NCBI GenBank assembly: GCA_019057795.1
Contig: JAHLWS010000038.1
Location: 32,001-96,000 of the forward strand
Direction of reading: 5' to 3'
DNA: 64,000 bases
Origin: Promethearchaeota archaeon
Lineage (GTDB): Archaea; Asgardarchaeota; Lokiarchaeia; Sigyniarchaeales; SOKP01
Made by a program: the position numbers and the translations under genes. The notes beneath the pieces were generated by a model. The model had not been told where the DNA came from. It searched no databases and saw nothing but the letters and a program-made list of their open reading frames with translations. Shown piece by piece: positions 59,843-64,000 of the stretch (position 1 is the stretch's first letter; each line of letters starts with the position of its first letter).

Positions 59843-59917
59843 TGGTGGGCCAAGGGAGGATTGAACTCCCGACCTTCCGCACGTCAAGCGGACGTCATAC
59901 GACTAGACCATTGGCCC
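59843..59917 (-). tRNA. tRNA-Val(GAC), CCA encoded
   Basis: GGGCCAA/TTGGCCC acceptor, TCCGC-TTGACGT-GCGGA anticodon arm, GGGAG-TTCAATC-CTCCC T-arm, ACCA end. Confidence 0.95.
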
Positions 59918-59975
59918 GTGTTTAATTTCAGTATAAAAAATACTAAACTTTGAGATATGTATTTTATATTATTAA

Positions 59976-59995
59976 AAAATAAATATTTTATTAGT
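59976..59995 (+). repeat. 20-bp exact direct repeat, copy 1 (partner 61904-61923)
   Basis: aaaataaatattttattagt at both sites; very AT-rich. Confidence 0.5.
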
Positions 59996-60381
59996 CCACT
60001 GGTTTCACAGTGTAAAACATTTATTTTCAATTTTTTCAACCTACATCTTTAAATCTCAGATCATTTAATAAAATTGTTATAGAAAGCTTCTTTTGTCAAA
60101 AGACTATTTCAATGTTCAAAAAACATATCAGGCTATCAAAACTCCCGATTGACGATTGGTATAATCTTGAGTATCATTCGATATAGGCTAAAAATCGATT
60201 CCAATCATACTTAAAAATTGTATAAAATTAAGATTTATTAAATATATTTTTTTAACAATAGAATTTTGAATCCTTTTGAATACTGTTACAAAACAAGAAT
60301 AATTTATATGCATAAATCTTCATTTTTATTGTTTAATAAGGAAAAATAGTCTTAAAAAAAAGAAAGCATTTGATGTAGAAA

Positions 60382-61491
60382 ATGAAAGTGAATAAAGTAA
60401 TTACTAATATAGAGCAGTTAACACCAGAGTGGTTGACGACTATCTTCAAAAATAAAGGCTACCTTAGTAAAGGAAAGGTAGCAAAAATAATTTTGAAACA
60501 TTCGGAAGTAACTATCACTTCTAATATGCATTTCTTGAAGTTAAAATTTTCTAATGATGCTCAAACGGAACCATCTATTCCTCATATCGTTGTAAAAACC
60601 CCCAAACCTATTGTCAAAAATCTAGGTATACATGAAGCAAAATTTTATAGCATCATAGCTGAAACCATGAATCAAGGAACAATTCCGACGTGTTATGATG
60701 CGGTGTTTTCTGAAGAATCGGGATGGTCTCATATTATCCTTGAAGATTTATCCAAGACATATGTAGAAAATTGGAACTATCCTCCTACAAAACGATATTG
60801 TGAAAAAGCGATTGATTGTTTGGCGGAAATACATGCTTTTTGGTGGGATCATCCCAAACTAAAAGAACTCTCTAAACACTCATATGTACTTTACACTTTT
60901 AAAGAAAATTCTTTTACTGAAGAAGTAATTTTTAAATGGTTTAAAAATCAAAAAAGGACACTAAGTCGATTTTTAAAATTCTTAGGAGATAGAATAAGTA
61001 ATAACAGAAAAGAGTTAATTAAATCTGTATTCTCATTATATCCTCAAGTAGCCTATGAACGAATCAAAAAAGAGAATATAACAGTTATCCATGCTGATGC
61101 TCACATAGGGAATTATTTTTTTCCTAATGATATGGCAAGTAAAAAATCTAAAGCCATATTATTTGATTGGCAGACGTGGGGTATTGGTGTAGGATGTCAA
61201 GATCTAGCATACATGATAGGGCTGTTTTTCTATCCTGATTATAGACATTTGATGGAAATAGATCTTATTAAACGCTATCATAACGAACTTTTAAAATTAG
61301 GTATAAAAGGCTATAGCTGGGATGATTGTTGGTATGATTACAAATTATGGGCTTTATTAAACCTTTACAGAATTATCTGGTGGTGGAGTGTGGGTATGCC
61401 TCCTATAGAATGGTATTTAGAAAATATCCTTTGCACTATAGAAGATTTAAATTGTATGGAGCTTTTAGATAGTAAAAGCTCTAACAACTAA
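60382..61491 (+). CDS. Aminoglycoside/choline/ecdysteroid kinase-like phosphotransferase
   Basis: EAKFY, ILEDL, LAEIHA, HADAHIGN, FDWQ, DLAY. Confidence 0.88.
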   Translation: MKVNKVITNIEQLTPEWLTTIFKNKGYLSKGKVAKIILKHSEVTITSNMHFLKLKFSNDAQTEPSIPHIVVKTPKPIVKNLGIHEAKFYSIIAETMNQGTIPTCYDAVFSEESGWSHIILEDLSKTYVENWNYPPTKRYCEKAIDCLAEIHAFWWDHPKLKELSKHSYVLYTFKENSFTEEVIFKWFKNQKRTLSRFLKFLGDRISNNRKELIKSVFSLYPQVAYERIKKENITVIHADAHIGNYFFPNDMASKKSKAILFDWQTWGIGVGCQDLAYMIGLFFYPDYRHLMEIDLIKRYHNELLKLGIKGYSWDDCWYDYKLWALLNLYRIIWWWSVGMPPIEWYLENILCTIEDLNCMELLDSKSSNN

Positions 61492-61903
61492 CAAATATAC
61501 TAACAGTTAGCACACGCAAAATACATTACAGAATTAAAAGCATAGTTTTAAAAATCGATTTTAATATCATTTTTAGCCAAAATTTCGCATGACAAAAAAA
61601 AACAAACTTTTATGAACATCAATAATTTTCATGTAAATTTATCTGGATTCTAAAAATCTTAAATTATGTGTTGAGATTTCATAGGTTCTGCTATAAAATT
61701 TTATAAAATCAAATCAGTTAGTTTTCTAATAGAGTTAATATAATTCTTTCATTTTATTATATCTATACTTTTAGAAATCAAACACTCCAAAAACAATGAG
61801 TTTTGATACTTTTTATTGAAAATAATATAAAACCATATTATATCAAAAAGATTTCAAAACAAATATTCATAAAAGTGTGAAAAATGTAAAACGCTTGTAA
61901 ACT

Positions 61904-61923
61904 AAAATAAATATTTTATTAGT
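61904..61923 (+). repeat. 20-bp exact direct repeat, copy 2
   Basis: Identical to 59976-59995. Confidence 0.5.
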
Positions 61924-61983
61924 TTTCTTGTGAAATTATGTTACATTTAAATTTATTTGAATAATTGTAGATTCAAGAATCAA

Positions 61984-62619
61984 TTAAGGTTTGATTTTCT
62001 TTTTTAACTCAATAAGACTTCTTATGTTTAAATCAGCTAAATGATTAATTTTCCCATTAGGATTAAAATAGCATGAATTTATGTTAATTTTTCTAGCAGC
62101 CTGAATATCAATATCTCGATCACCAATCGAGAGTATACTTTCTATAGGAATTTTATATTTCTCAATCAGATAAAGAAATGATGTAGGGTTCGGTTTTTTG
62201 GGATATCCATGTTCATGTGTTATGATATCTTCAAAAAGATGTCTCATTTTGTAATATTTTAAAAGTTTATATAATGTTTTTTTTCCTCGATGAGTAACAA
62301 TAAAATTTTTTCCTCCTTTATTTTTAATAAATTTAAGAATTTCTATCGCACCAGAAAAAGGTGGTTCTTCACTTTCTTTAGTATTTGAATATTCACGAGT
62401 AAATTCTTGTTGAAGTTTTTCTCTATCAATATTTAACTCTTTTGATATTTGATTAAAACAAGAATAAAGACTATCTTGACACAATTCTTTGACATTGTTA
62501 AAATTTAAATCTTTATTATAAATTTTTTTTATCAGATTTACTATTGTTAAAGCAATTGCGGGATATGTATTAAATAAAGTTCCGTCAAAATCCCAAATAA
62601 AATATTCTAGATTTTTCAT
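61984..62619 (-). CDS. HAD-IA family hydrolase
   Basis: WDFDGTL, KPNP, IGDRDID. Confidence 0.9.
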   Translation of the reverse strand: MKNLEYFIWDFDGTLFNTYPAIALTIVNLIKKIYNKDLNFNNVKELCQDSLYSCFNQISKELNIDREKLQQEFTREYSNTKESEEPPFSGAIEILKFIKNKGGKNFIVTHRGKKTLYKLLKYYKMRHLFEDIITHEHGYPKKPNPTSFLYLIEKYKIPIESILSIGDRDIDIQAARKININSCYFNPNGKINHLADLNIRSLIELKKKIKP

Positions 62620-62724
62620 CTTAATATGATAAAATTGTTGATATTAAGTATTTTTAATTAAATATTAGAGAAGATTTCCTTTTTAAGGTATTAAAATAGT
62701 AAAAAAAAATATTTATAAAATATT

Positions 62725-63942
62725 TTATGGTTTTTTTTCTCTTAAAGCTCTAACCATTGGTACATCCTTTCCAGATAATATTTCTAACAATGCACCTCCG
62801 CCAGTAGAAATAAATGAAACATCCTTTGCATACCCTGACATTTCTGCTGCAGTTCCCATTTCGCCGCCTCCAATTACGGCAAGCGCACCCCCTATTTTAG
62901 CAGCTTCAGCCATTGCTTCAACCATATCAAAGGTTCCTTTTCTAAACACTTCTTTTTCAAATATTCCTGGTGGACCGTTAGCGATGATAGTTTTAGCTTT
63001 AATGATTATACTTTTGAATTCTTCCGTAGTTTTAGGGCCAATATCACCAGTTACGGCATTATATTTCTTTAATTCGTCGATATTAATTGCTTTTCTGTTG
63101 CCATTATCGTCAATTACCAAGTCTTTTGGTAAAATTATCTTATCTTTGAATTTTTCGTAAGTTTCCTTGATGTCCTCTTTTGCTTTTTCTAAATCTTTTG
63201 CTATTGCCGCCTTATTAGGTTCCCCAGTTTCGATTCCTATAGCTTCCATAATTAAAATTGCCGTTAAACCGGAGCAAAGTGCGTAATCAAGTTTGTCGTT
63301 TTCAAAATTAAATTTCATAGCTTTAAATTTATCTATTGCTTTCGCCCCTCCAATAAGCATGACCATAGGTTTTTCGGGGTTTTCTATTATTTTACTCATG
63401 TAATTAAATTCTTTAACTGTCGTAGGACCTGCAAGTAAGGTAGGCCATCCAATTATCGAAGGTTGTGCTCTATGGGCCGCACCAAACGCATCTGCGATGA
63501 AATAATCGAATAATGGCGCAAGAGTTTGAATCATTTCTAATTCTTCAGCTTCGGAGAAATCTTTAAACTGTTTAGTTTCAAGTTCCCAGGTTCGCACATT
63601 ATTAAGTACTAGAACTTCGCCTATTTTGAGATCTTTTATTGCATGAATTGCCTTTTCTCCAAAAACATCTTCTACATATATTACAGGACGATCTAATAGT
63701 TTTCGTATTTCTTTGGCATGCATTTCCAAAGAAGTAAAATCTTTTGCTCCTGGGCGAGATTGGTGAGCCATAATTACTACAGCACTATCTTTTAATTCTT
63801 CTAATGACGGAATTAAAGCATGAATACGAGGTGATTCGCGAATTCTATTGTTTTCAATGTCGATATTAGAGTTGATATCGACTCTCATCAAAACTTTTTT
63901 TCCTTTTAAATCAACATCTTTATACGATTTATAATCAAACAT
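62725..63942 (-). CDS. pgk: Phosphoglycerate kinase
   Basis: RVDIN, AHQSRPG, DAFGAAHR, GGAK, DIGP, NGPPG, STGGGA. Confidence 0.96.
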   Translation of the reverse strand: MFDYKSYKDVDLKGKKVLMRVDINSNIDIENNRIRESPRIHALIPSLEELKDSAVVIMAHQSRPGAKDFTSLEMHAKEIRKLLDRPVIYVEDVFGEKAIHAIKDLKIGEVLVLNNVRTWELETKQFKDFSEAEELEMIQTLAPLFDYFIADAFGAAHRAQPSIIGWPTLLAGPTTVKEFNYMSKIIENPEKPMVMLIGGAKAIDKFKAMKFNFENDKLDYALCSGLTAILIMEAIGIETGEPNKAAIAKDLEKAKEDIKETYEKFKDKIILPKDLVIDDNGNRKAINIDELKKYNAVTGDIGPKTTEEFKSIIIKAKTIIANGPPGIFEKEVFRKGTFDMVEAMAEAAKIGGALAVIGGGEMGTAAEMSGYAKDVSFISTGGGALLEILSGKDVPMVRALREKKP

Positions 63943-64000
63943 TTAAAACCACTTTTAATGGATATAATAATAGTATTGATTAATATCAAAAAAAGTTTGA

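Overview
AT-rich archaeal DNA, most likely from an Asgard archaeon (Lokiarchaeia-like). This is inferred from an ESCRT locus (Vps22/36-like, Vps25-like, Vps4, Vps2/24/46-like), roadblock, longin-like and LRR proteins, and archaeal RNA genes. Most of the window is housekeeping and anaerobic metabolism: CDF transporters, tandem Ldh_2 dehydrogenases, a tungsten AOR, MtnA, Dus, GlgP, NOP2, NIP7, PfkB and PGK. RNA genes not shown in the ORF track are an SRP RNA (about 6137-6441, minus), a tRNA-Gly(GCC) with two non-canonical introns, and a tRNA-Val(GAC). Main observations: (1) an SCP2-fused glycyl radical enzyme with its activase, divergent from a CrtISO/RetSat-like oxidoreductase and an FAD/2Fe-2S reductase, possibly a lipid-modifying system; (2) a 4.2 kb integrase-less double insertion in the 3' end of the activase gene, marked by three copies of the gene end; it carries a TIGR04255-like/acidic/MazF-like three-gene module (candidate toxin-antitoxin-chaperone defence system) and an HTH-roadblock fusion; (3) further small repeat-flanked insertions next to the SRP RNA and both tRNAs; (4) a fused ABC permease that appears to lack both EAA loops. 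All family calls come from motif recognition by eye, not from database searches.
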